From positions 1 through 33,965 of the IMG/VR virus record IMGVR_UViG_3300036987_000545: a stretch of DNA of 33,965 bases; one strand, 5' to 3'. This document shows positions 5,419-17,000 of this stretch, piece after piece (within the stretch, counting starts at the first letter, position 1; each line of letters starts with the position of its first letter). The position numbers and the translations under genes are program-made. The notes beneath the pieces are model-generated. The model was not told the DNA's origin and did not search any database. It worked only from the letters and a program-made list of their open reading frames with translations. The DNA comes from a virus (taxonomy: Duplodnaviria > Caudoviricetes).

Positions 5419-8037
5419 TTATCCTTTTATCATCAAACGGTAATTCGCGCCGTCTGCCGCTTTGTATACTGTGCCCGCCGGGAGTAATGTATTCCAGTCC
5501 GGCAGGCCGGTGAGCTTGTAGGTAAACGACGCTGCATTGAATGCAAGGGAGAGGTTCCTGTTTGCCAAGGCTTCGGATGCAGACAGGAGGACCTGCGGGT
5601 TATTGCCGTCAGGTGGGTTTTCCCCAGAAACCATCCCGTCACCATATGGGTAACCATACGATCCTGACCATGGTGCATGCCATAATTTTGTCCATGTGCT
5701 GCCTGGGCGATGGAATACGCCGGTCCAGTCAGTCACCACTGATCCATTCAGATAGCCTTTAAGTGTCGCATCTATGCGAGTGACACTCCCACCTTCCCAC
5801 CAGTCTGCCATAGCCTTGCCACTGTGATAATTTCTGAAATCCTTGTATGCTGCCTTGAACTGTGTTGCGCTGTACGATATCTCGATTTCATCTACTGATT
5901 GTCCATCTATGGTCCCAGTGCAGACAAACTTGCCGGAATGGACCCCGAGGTGGGCTGCTATCTTGCTGACTACAAGCGCCCGATAGTCGTTGGCATTCTG
6001 CGAATAAGTACTTGAGCCTGGCGGTGAAATGGATAATGTGAGAGGCCCGGCCTCTATGCTTCCTCGGAACACTCCGCTATGAGCGTTGATCTCTCCTTCA
6101 AAATATCCAACCTTAGCTATTACCGCCTCTGCATTGATGATATCTGTGTTGATAAGGCCACCAGATATGATAGTCCCGCCTGCCCGTGCCGACAGCTCCA
6201 TCTCGCCCCAACCATCAAACCCCAGTTTGTCTGCCATTGCGTCTTTGGCTGCCAGCTCTGCATCAGACACCTGTGTCGTGGTCGCTGCACCAAGGACATT
6301 CCCGACCAGCAGCTTCCCGTCCGGGAACATGACATCTCCGCCTGCGAAGACCAGCTCGTCCGCCTCGACCGTGAACCGGGAGCCGAGCAAGTCCGCTGCC
6401 CTGAGTACCGTCCGCAGTGCATCGAAATCCTGTATGCTCGCTCCCGGTTTGAGCCGGTAGATACCATCAGTCCCCGGAGCATATACAGCCAGCACCATCG
6501 CAGAGCTTGATCCGGCAGCGTTGGACATGGCGGTCATTGTATCGGCGGTTATTTCCAGAGGTAAAGTAATCTGTAGGCCGAGAAAGGCAGAGCTGCCCCC
6601 GCCCTGGACCCGGGCGGCTACGCTATCCTTGAGAATGGCGATCTCGCCGCTGGCCACCGGAAGTGGGCCAGGTACTGCTTCGGTTCCCCACACTGACAGG
6701 TTGATGCTGTCTGCTGTACTGATGATCTGGCTGGCAAGGACTCCTTCTGCAGCGCTGGCCCGGCTTACCTCGCTGGTGATCCGGTCGGCCTCGATGACGA
6801 TCAGGCTGGCAAGGACTCCTTCTGCAGCGCTGGCCCGGCTTACCTCGCTGGTGATCCGGTCGGCCTCGATGACGATCAGGCTCCGGGTGATGGTGTCGGT
6901 TTCTGCCTGGGCCTGTACTGCCAGCTCGATACGCCTGGTGGATACATAGATCCCGGCCTCTGCCTTGGCCAGGGCCTGGTCTATCATCTCGGTTGCAAGG
7001 GATTCTGCCTCGCGGACCCGGAGCATGATAGCGTCGCTGGTCTGCACGATGTCTGAGACAGCTGCAATGACTCCGGCGTCGGTCTCGATCACCTCGGCCA
7101 CCTTGGAGCTGATATTGTCGTCGGTGATGATGACGCTGGCTACGTTCCAGCCGGTCCCGCCATCTGACTCTACGACCAGGGAGATCTGGTCGTTCAGGAT
7201 GTTGATCTTGGCCATGCTCCAGGTTTCAAGTTCCCCCGGGCCTGTGTCGTAATTCACCCACTTGCCAGATAGTGCCGACAGTGCAATATTCGCCTTGTTC
7301 TGGGTGATCATGGTCAGGTTTACTTCCTGCCCTCCGCCCCCGTCTATCAGCTCTCCTACTAAGGAGGTCAGGCCATCTACCGTGCTTTGTAAGGTGGATA
7401 CAGCCGTAATGTTGCCATCCAGCACGATATTGTTGGCAAGCAAGCCTTCCTCGGTGTCGGAGACAGCCTCCATCAATCCGGTTGCCAGTGTGGATGCCTC
7501 ACCTGACAGGGTGTCAATACGTGCAATGTCTGACATTTCTGAAAGGCCGTATGGGAATACCTCGCTGGATATAGTCTCATGTTCCAGCAGGAAGCCTGAA
7601 GAGAGCTTGGCCTTCTCTATGGCTCCATCCAGGATTGCACTACCGTCGATAATATCATCCAGGTCGTCGGTGGTAGGGACCCGGATCGCTTCTTCCCAGG
7701 TACTGACCAGGGTGCCGTCGGCATACTTGAGGGCTCTGGTCTGCCAGCCGTACCCCTCGCCAGCGGGGATGTACAGGAACCAGTCGGAGGGGTCTTCAAC
7801 AACTGGTGGTTCTGGTTGGAGCAGGGATTTCTTGTAGCGGATCTCCAGGAACCATTTTACAGCAGAGAGGTCAAAGTCTCCCATGACCCCGTTGATACGG
7901 TGAATCTCGGATTCAGCCTGGAGGATGCGGGTCTTGACCCCAAGGTATTCCCGGGAATCAAGCCCTCCGTCAAGAGTTCTGATGGAACGTACAACGAGGT
8001 CTTTATATCCCAGATCCTCTTTCTGTGACGCCATCAT
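5419..8037 (-). CDS. Long tail fibre / host-specificity protein
   Basis: Acidic coiled-coil and I-x-Q-T-x-D-x-I type repeats, GEINAHSGVFRGSIEA motif seen in tail-tip proteins, and a distinct C-terminal domain. Follows the internal virion proteins. Confidence 0.7.
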   Translation of the reverse strand: MMASQKEDLGYKDLVVRSIRTLDGGLDSREYLGVKTRILQAESEIHRINGVMGDFDLSAVKWFLEIRYKKSLLQPEPPVVEDPSDWFLYIPAGEGYGWQTRALKYADGTLVSTWEEAIRVPTTDDLDDIIDGSAILDGAIEKAKLSSGFLLEHETISSEVFPYGLSEMSDIARIDTLSGEASTLATGLMEAVSDTEEGLLANNIVLDGNITAVSTLQSTVDGLTSLVGELIDGGGGQEVNLTMITQNKANIALSALSGKWVNYDTGPGELETWSMAKINILNDQISLVVESDGGTGWNVASVIITDDNISSKVAEVIETDAGVIAAVSDIVQTSDAIMLRVREAESLATEMIDQALAKAEAGIYVSTRRIELAVQAQAETDTITRSLIVIEADRITSEVSRASAAEGVLASLIVIEADRITSEVSRASAAEGVLASQIISTADSINLSVWGTEAVPGPLPVASGEIAILKDSVAARVQGGGSSAFLGLQITLPLEITADTMTAMSNAAGSSSAMVLAVYAPGTDGIYRLKPGASIQDFDALRTVLRAADLLGSRFTVEADELVFAGGDVMFPDGKLLVGNVLGAATTTQVSDAELAAKDAMADKLGFDGWGEMELSARAGGTIISGGLINTDIINAEAVIAKVGYFEGEINAHSGVFRGSIEAGPLTLSISPPGSSTYSQNANDYRALVVSKIAAHLGVHSGKFVCTGTIDGQSVDEIEISYSATQFKAAYKDFRNYHSGKAMADWWEGGSVTRIDATLKGYLNGSVVTDWTGVFHRPGSTWTKLWHAPWSGSYGYPYGDGMVSGENPPDGNNPQVLLSASEALANRNLSLAFNAASFTYKLTGLPDWNTLLPAGTVYKAADGANYRLMIKG
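6729..6882. repeat. Perfect 75-bp tandem duplication (25 aa: SLIVIEADRITSEVSRASAAEGVLA x2)
   Basis: Copies start at 6729 and 6804 and are identical at nucleotide level. Confidence 0.95.
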
Positions 8038-11000
8038 TCCTCCCCGAGGGCATCCTGCAAGTATTGCAGGTATTCCTGAACCGCTAGGATTGGGAGCCCG
8101 GAAATACGTGCAAGGGTAACTGCTGCTTCGGTCATCCCTTTACCTGTATTTCCGCTCACCAAATTGTATCCTGAACTGATCATTGATTCAATAACTGGGT
8201 ACATGCCTGAGCCCGATTTGTAGTACGGTCTCTTGGTGACCAGGCTCTTTACAGCCTGTGATACAGGCCCGGATACGAGGGGGAGGGAAGCGAACGGCTG
8301 GCTTATCGCGTAGAACATCCAGTCCTGCCACCACTGGTCGTCATCTTCCTTCCGCTTGTCCCGTCCGAATCCCTTTCTGATCACTCCCAGGGCCATGCCA
8401 CTGACGACCATGCCGGCAGCGATACCGAAGAACTCGCTGTAGTTCTTCTCGCTCAGGGCATGGGGCATGTCGAATGCCATCTGCTGGAATACAACATTAA
8501 GCTGTGATCCGAACTGGGTGAAGGCCCGTTTCCATTCATGGGTATCCTGGAACAGGGGAGCCATGTCTATCGCCCTGGCAGAGGGTTGGCAATGCCTGGT
8601 TACATAGTCAGCTCTCTCGATTGCCTGCTCCTGGTTGCCGTGCTTTGCCATCTCCTTGTTGTACACTGCTCTCCATCCGAGAGCCACCATCCATGTCTGG
8701 GAGAACTCCAGGCCCTTCATGCCTACTTCGCCTATCTTCTTGACAACCTTCTCGTATCCTTCCGGGTCCATCCGCTTGATCTGCTGCCAGAGGGGGTCAG
8801 GGTTGTAGTTGCGGAGGGTGATCGAGAGAGCCTTGGTCTCCTCCATCCAGACCGTTGGATTCCTCATCATGTCCGCTGCGGTTCCGAAGAGCTGCCCAGG
8901 GGCATAGGCCAGGTATGGCCAAGGGGTGGTCATAAGGTTGTTCAAGGCAGAAGCAAGCCTCCAGGAAAGAGCAGAGACTGCCACGAACCCCCTGGCCCTC
9001 CTGAGAAGCTGGTCGGATACGTCCGCTCCCTGGCGTCCGAACATCTCCACGGCACGGGTGTGAGCTATGTTGTGGATATGGTTGTCCACCACCTTGAGCC
9101 CTGAGTCCCCAGCCATGTTCTTGATCATGGTCCTGATCTTCTCTGCTCCATGTCCCTTGTATACACGGTTCAGCCTGTCCACGTACTCGCCCATGGCTAT
9201 GAGCTGTTCCTGGGCGTGAGTCGCTTCCATCCAGGTCTTGAACAGTCCCAGTCGTATCGGAGCCTGGTTGGTCAGACCGATGTTTATGCGCTCCTTGGCC
9301 CATCCATTCTCGGGGGAGGCCTTCATGTATGATGTAGACCCATCGGCACTGGCGTTCCTGGTGAGGATGTCGTTCACAACCGATTCAGTGACATTCTGGG
9401 TCAGCCCCATCCTGAGCATCGGAATATAGTTCTCCTCCTGCCTGAGTTCCTCGTTGGTGAGCCTGATGATCTCCTTGTTGAGCCGTGGGAACTCTGTCGC
9501 GTAATCCTTGGCAATGAGTTCCATGAGACCTTTTTCATCCGCAGTAAGCTCGGTCTCCGCAGCCTTGAGAACGGCATGGAGCCGTGGTTCTGCTATCGCC
9601 CGGAGGGTCTTGGAGTCATACAGGAACTTCTTCTCGTTCACCTCGTCCAGCAGCATGCCAAGGAGTGCATCCCTGGACTTCTCGTTCCTTGCGCCGGCAA
9701 CGAACATCATTATATCATCTGCGGTATAATGGACATCCTTCCCATTGAAGAAAGCACCTTCGACCTTGATCTTCCTGGTCAGCTTGTCAGCAGTGATGTT
9801 GTGAGCCTTCATGTATGCCAGAACAGGATTGGCCCTGCGCTCAGTCTGCCGCAGCCGTTCCTTGTAATGCTTCTCATGCTCATCCACCAGCAGGGTCCAG
9901 TTGGGTTTATCCGGATTCTTCTTATCCAGGACATACTCGATGAACCGCTCGGAATTCATGGTTCCCAGGATCAATCCATACTTGGAATTCAATCCTTTGA
10001 GGATCTTGCGCTCCTCTGCCGATCCAGGAGCATTCTGGTCCTTGTACTTGGGATTTGCCTTGAGCCCTCTTTCCACCTCGTCCCGATGGTTGTAGATTGC
10101 CATGTTCCGGACGTTCTCCTTGACCTGCCAGCTCGTCCTGCCGGCGGCGTAGATCGCTTCCATTGCCTTGTTGAGCCTGAGTAGTTCTGAGTAGGTCCAA
10201 TCCTTTAAGGGTTTGTCGTTGATCTTGTTCACCAGGTTCTGGGTCAGAATGTTTTCAAGGCCCGGGTGTTCCCGGAAAAGCTGGGATATCTTGGACCAGT
10301 TTAGCGGAGGTTCGACGATGCGGCCGGTCTTCCGGTATCCACCTGCTTCCGTCCGTTCTGTCTCCCACTTCTTGTTCCGCAGATAGTCCTTGATCGCCCT
10401 GAGCTGGGTCTTCTGCTCGTAGTCGATCTTCGCGCCCTTGCGGATAGGCTCAAGGATGTTCGCCACCAGTTTAGCCCGGACTTCCTTGAGCTTGTACATG
10501 GCCCGGATCTCTTTGGCTGCCAGCTTCGATTCTTCCCTGGCGCTCTTGAGGGCTTCGGCAAGTGCCTGGCCTTTGAGCTTCGAGGTATCCAGGGACTTCT
10601 CCCGGTCTGCCAGCTTCTTTCTATCAGACTCCAGGCGCTCGATGTATTCCTTTATCTCAGGTTCAGTGATGGTGTCGTTCTCGATCTTCTCCTTGAGGTT
10701 CTTGTCCCTAATGTTGTCCAGGACCGCCTGCCTCTGGGCCACGGTCATGCCCTTGTACGCTCTGGGGAGTTTTATATCCCTGGGTCCGGTGACTGCTTCC
10801 TTCTCCACCCTTACTTCCTGGGCAAGGTCCAGATCTCCGGTCAGCTCCGAGGACATCTCCTTGAAGGCCAGTTCGCTCTTGCGTATGGATGAAAGCACAG
10901 CCCTGCGGACCGTTGAATTCAAGGGCTGACCCTTCTTGCCGTGGGATATCACAGCTCCCAGTACAAAGGGGTGATTGGCAAGCATCTTCTCGATGCTGGT

Positions 11001-14000
11001 CTTTCCCTTCGTCTCAGGGTCGTTCTCTGCCTTGATGCGTTCCCAGAGGTCAGACAGGAAGGCTTCCAGGTTCTTGCCCTCGGATAGTTGGCTTGCGAAC
11101 TTGCCCCGGTTCTGGGTGTATGCGTCGGGTTCGGAGTCTTCCGGTTCGAATAGGGTCTTGGGTGTTGCTTCCGTCATCCCCTCCGGAGCGAACCACTGCT
11201 CCCCGGAGAACCTTGGCTTGCCTCCGATAGTGTCAGCCCACTCAGTGAAAACCCTTGCTGATTCCGGGTCTTTCACATCGTAGTTGATGTCAGCCTTGCC
11301 GTAGTATCCACCCGCAGGAGGGGAGGGATGATCAGATACCCGGACCAGGTATTCTCCGTTGACCTTGTAGTACCTGGAGAGTGAGGAGCGGGAATACTGG
11401 ACTGAATACTCCAAGCCCCTGGAATACAGCTCGTCCTGCACAGTAAGGGAAGCTTGCTCTACAGCTTCGAACAGGTAGGTTCCCTTCTCTGCTATCATGG
11501 TCATCGCAGGGGTGATGGGCATGGAGTGGACAGTCTGGGATTCAACAGGTTCAGCAGAGTAATAGGTCATCCTGCTGTTCTCTGCGAACCGTTCCGCTTC
11601 CGCTTCCGAATCGAATACATCAGATCCTATCCGTCTGCCTTCGTCGGGGGTTCCAGTCTCGACAAGCATCCAGCCTTGCATGGGAAGCTCTGAGTCTGCC
11701 ACCTGGGCTCCGTACTTCTTCCCGAAAGAGTTGGCATAGTCAACAAGCATCTTGTCATAGAAGCCTTCCATGCCTTCCTTGCGTGGCATGGACGAGCCTT
11801 CATCCTCGGTCTGCATCCTGGTCCACGTGCGGTCTACGATCTTGCTGATCTGCTCATCGGAGTGTTCTCGGCTCAGAATATTACGGACGATACCTTGCAA
11901 TGCTTCTTTGCTGTTGACCGACTTTCCACTAACCTCCAGGAGTTCACCTCGCCTACGAGCGTCGGCTTCGATGTCAACACCACCAGCTACGCCACCCCTT
12001 TGCTCGGTGACAGCAACCTTCCATCCTTCTCCTTCGCGCTTCCAGGCAATCTCCTCTGAACCCCAACGATCAAACTGTACCGCTCCAGGTGTCCAGGACA
12101 CCGTGTCATACCCCTTCTCGACAGCCTCGCGTAGGATTCGCTTGAATACGAACTCGTGCCAGGTCTTCTTGAAGGGAGAATCAGGAACGCCAGGAGTCAT
12201 CAAGCCATTTATACGCTTCTCAACGCTTTTCTCGGCAACCTCTTTGCTGGTGAATAATTTCCCAGGGTCATCTTCTGCAAACCAATAGCCAGGATCATCC
12301 TGTGATTCAACGATCTTGATATTTACTTCTGTCGAATACCCCTTCTTCTTCCCTTCCTGATGCAAGTCAGACTGGATCTCCTCGATGAACAAGGCTTTCT
12401 TGCCGTCTGATGTTACTCGGTCATTCAGGCGGGTGTGGGCGAGGACGTTGCGCTCGTCCCAGTGGCCGGATTGGTACTGTCTGTTGTACGCATCGCTATA
12501 CGCATCGTTGTATTGTTCTTTTTTAGCTATCTCATATCCCTCTCGTGCAAACTTTTCATCAGCCAATCCAATTTCATTCAAGTTTTCTTTAGCCCATACA
12601 TCGAATTCCGGAAATGGTTTAAGTTCGCCTACTTTCACTGGTAACTTAAACAACACCTCCCGGTAGTTCTCGCCGCCAGGGAGGGTGTACTGGGAGAACT
12701 TGGGAGGGTTGGGGAGGGGCATTGCAAGTGCCTGCTTGTTTAGATGATCCAGCTCACCGCGCAAGCGTTCCATTTCTACCGGGTCAGTGGTCTGCCCAAT
12801 TTCCCACTTCTTGTCTAGTATATCCTTTGTAAGTTTACGCCTGGCCCGTTCGCTATTCCAGCCTTTTTCCACTTCCTCGATCTGCAACCGGTTCCCCTGG
12901 ATATGCTCCATCACCTGTGCAGGGGTCAGCTTCTCGTCGGTGTCCAGGAACTTGTCCAGCCCGGTCCACTTCAGTTCCTCAGCCTTGACCCCGGCGTTCT
13001 GGAGCATCTTGAGTATGCTGTTTCCAGGCATTGGGCCTTTGAGCTTCTGGGAGATTGTTTCTTCGGCTTTGTAGATCCAGCCATCGTCGGCCTCAAAGTA
13101 GATCCTGTTGGTCTCGTCGAAGGTGACATTCCTTCCGGAAGCATCCTTGATCCCGTAGCTGGAGAACTTGGCAAAGATGTTGTCGGTCGGCCCACCGTCC
13201 CTGGCGTTCATCAGGATGATGCCGTCATGGCCTTCGTCCCGCGCTGCCTTGACTGCCTCAAACCACCGTCCGGTCACGCCATCGGCAGCCTGATGCCATG
13301 CACCACCACCCCAGTCGATGACCTTGGGGTTGTCCAGCTTGAGCCATAACTCAAGGACTCCTCCAGCAGGAGGGGCTGGGTCGAAATCATCAAGCCCTGC
13401 GTACTCGGCTATCCTTTTGGTTGTCTCAATGCTAGGGAACTCTGTGTAGTGATCCTGAATTTCACCTACCAGCTTCCGCCTCTTGTCATCCAACCTGTCG
13501 AGGAATTTGGTATCAGGGTGGGTTGGTCCCAAAGCATCAATCTCTGCCTGGATCTGTGTCAATGCGTCATTCAGGACAGTTCCCATCTCCAGGTAAGCAT
13601 CAACGTACCTTTGCAGACGATCAACTGCTTCGTCTGATGCCCCTTTGGCATTTCCGTCAGCCACCAGCCTGTTGTACCATTCGGTGTTCTGCCCAGTGTC
13701 TGGCACATACGCATGAGCTGTATTGATGTTTCCACCAAAGAAGAATGCTATCTTTGCAGATCTTGCTCCGGTAAAGGACCCCCTCAGATCCTCCCTGAAA
13801 CTATCGAACTGATCTACGTTCCTGCCGGTTCCGTGGAACACCTTGGCAACCACCGGCTCCCCGGTCTGGAATGTATTGGAGGCTTTCTCTATGAGCTGGT
13901 CGATCCCGCTGATCTTCTGGACAAGATCACTGGCTTCCTTCGCTTCGTAGACAGCCTCGGTCTTGTGGTACTCGATCTGCTCGGAAACCGTCCTGTCGCT

Positions 14001-17000
14001 AGGTATCCAGTATCCCAGATCCATAGCCAGTTCACGGTCTTGCTCTGTCGCGCTTTGTTCGGAAATACCCTTGGTCTTCATCCACTGAAGGGTGCGCTCC
14101 AAGGTATCATCGGTCTTATAGGCAACTGCGTTCTGCTGGTGTTTCTCCAGTGACCGATTGTACCACCCCTTCAAATGGTTCAGCGCACCGAGTACGGATA
14201 TCTCAGAGTTGGTCGTCTCCCGGTAGTACCCCGAGGCATTGAGGTCAGACTCCTGCGCGATGGACAGGATGGACTGGAGGTTCTTGTACGATGAGTCATC
14301 GACAACCTTGTGGCCTTCGGACCATCGGTCGAACTCCGGGTCGCCGGCCTCGAACATGATCGTGCTATCAAAGTCCTGCCCGTCGTAGAAGCGCCGGATA
14401 TATCCCAGTGCCTTTGCTGGATTCCCGTCAGCCTCTATTGTCGCAGTCCTTTTACCGTCCCGCATCTCAACCCATGATGTCCCGCTGCCCTGGATTATTG
14501 TCTTGATCACGCTCCACTGTTTCGTGGTAGGCATCCTGGACATATCGGCAAGACCTGAGTTGGCATCCATACGGATTGCACCCATATCAATGAACGCTTC
14601 CATTGAATCGTTTCTGCCTTCTGGAGCGCCAGGCCAGTCTATTTCTCGATGATCGGTTGCTCTCTCATGCTTCAGGTAATCACGGCCTTTATCAACAACA
14701 AACATGCCATTCTTTTTCTGGTATCCTGTTGCTTCATGCCTGCCCGAGAAGTCCAGCATGGTCCCATCAGGCAGGACATATCCTGCTTCGTAGACATCCC
14801 TGGTAGTTCCAAAGGTCTCTATGGCTGCATTGAAGGCTTCCTGTGCTTCAGGGGTTATGTCTTCGGGCTCGAACAGGATAATCGCTTCGTCAGCAGCAAT
14901 ATCCTCTGATGAATACGGACGGATTGACTTCCGCTGGTCCCTGGAAAACCCCATGCGGCTTGCAGCGTCCCTGGCTTCTATCTCCCCTGCGGTTTTAGTG
15001 TATGCCTGGAAGGGATCTTGCGGGGCTGGAACCTTTGCTCTTAATTCGTAGAGCTTCCTATACAGTTCCTTGTCTCCATCCTTCTTGGCCTTTGACATTT
15101 GATCTGAGTAAAACCTGTATGATGCTGCGTTTTCATCCTGCATCTTTCGCTGCATCTCAGGGGTCGATCCCCGTGCAAAACCTTGGACTTTCTGTATGGC
15201 ATGCTGGAGTTCATGCACAAGAGTGTTTTTGTTTATTTCGCCAGTCTTTCTTGAGTAGCCAACTCCGATAGACGGCATGCCATAGGGATTATCCTGGAGC
15301 CATCCATTTTCCGTGTCAGGAAGTAGCGTTAGACCGATACGGTCAATGCCAGGGTATGCCTTGAACAACTCCGGGTTGCGGTAAACACCGCCCACAGTAT
15401 CAAAGGTTTTATTCCCTTGTTTCATGTCCTCCCTGGTTCCCCAGGATTCTATCTCGTCTCGGGGGATTATTTCCCCTGATGGTACTTCCGTCCTCCACAC
15501 GCCGTCATACTTGCCCTGGAACCAGCCGGTCTTCTGCCGTATTTCTTCTCCATCCACACCGGAGGCCAACATCTGCTTGGCCTGAGCAAGGGCTGATCTT
15601 TCTTCATCGGTCAGTACAGCGTTCTCTCCGGCGTACTCGAAAAGAATGCGCGGGTCGCTGGTGTCCCAAGTGCCGTAATTGTTTACGCTTTTGATCTGTG
15701 TGGGGTAGAAGGCTGCTATCTGCCCGAACGATCCGTCAGGATGGATTTCTATTATCCCGTCCACCCCTTCTGATTTCAACTGCTTGTCCAGCTTGTCTAT
15801 GAATGAATCCCTGGTCTTCATTTCCACCGAGCTGTCAAACAAGTCTTTACCGGACAGCTCCTTGAACCTGGAATAGTAGTCTTTCTCCATGATCGGATTC
15901 TTGATCGAAGCATACAGAGGCATGACATTCGGTGTTTTGCCAAGATTCCTTTCAGTGGCTGCCATTGCGAATGCCGATGCAACAGCCTTCTCGCCAGTCA
16001 GGTAAATTTTGCCTTTGCCCATTCCAAGGTTGCGCTTGCGGCCTTCCTTGTCTTGCGCTATTCCAAGGCTGAATTCTTCGATGACACTGCCTGTACCGTG
16101 GTAAACCTCTACAGGGTTGCCATTGCCGTCAATAATTTTCGAGCCATCATAAAATGCTTTGAATTTGTCGCTTCCAATATCACCAGCAGGCTCGAACAAC
16201 AGGAACTGATCCTTCTGCTTCCTTGGGGGAAGATCAGCCTCGTCAAACAAACTCGCAGTCTCGGGCTTGGTAGGGTTGTCGTAGAACTTCGCAACGTCAT
16301 ACGGAGTGGCCGAATTCAGGGTCTTTCTTCCCACAAGCTGCCCATCCGGTCCGTCTATGTGCAGGGTGAACGATCCCTTGGCATTGGCTGCAATGATCGC
16401 TGCTGCATCGAAGGAAGGAACCCCAAGCGAATAGGCCACGCCGGCATTGAAGTCCACCCGGACCGCTCCGGTTTTCTTCATGAAATCCTGGGACGGGTCT
16501 TTCTTCGAGATTCCTTCGATGGAGGCAACGGCTCCATGCTGGAGCATCCTGATCCCGCCCTGGTAATCACTAGTCGTCCCCATGCCGATATCTTTGCCTG
16601 AGAAGTTGAGCATCCGTCCGTCAGACAGGATGTATCCCGCTTCCTTCGGGTTCGTGGTGGTTCCGAACTTCTTTACGGCAACATCGGACAGGGTGCGTTC
16701 GTCGAACAGGTCATCGGCCTCGAACATCACTCGTGCAACAGGACGGTACATTGATTCGCTGACACGGAAATCCTTGTGCTTGCCCTTGTTCTCTACGAAC
16801 CCGAACCGCTTGTAAAACTCGACAAGCCTTGCTTTCGACGATCCCCATTCGCTTGTCGGAGTCAGTTCAAGCTGGATTCCATGCTTGTCAGCCAGGGCTC
16901 CAGCTTCCATCATTGCGGCGGTGGCGAGCCCTTTTCCTCTTAGTTCCTTGTTGACCTTAATGGTGACACTTGCACTGTTTTTCCCAGGATAAATGTCTAG

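Noticed and set aside
6729-6882. Tandem repeat as a CRISPR array
   Set aside because: Two contiguous in-frame coding copies with no spacers and no cas genes.
3470-8037. Diversity-generating retroelement, expected given the BPP-1-like head and tail genes
   Set aside because: No reverse transcriptase, no Avd, and no TR/VR pair differing at adenines seen in this window. One could still lie outside it.
13250-13270. RWFEA as a tenth cassette delimiter (also GIFEQ ~18340, KFEF near the N-terminus, and LFDE at ~16240 and ~16700)
   Set aside because: RWFEA and GIFEQ lie inside apparent domains and lack the acidic follow-on. The LFDE copies are near borders and might be degenerate sites, but were not counted.
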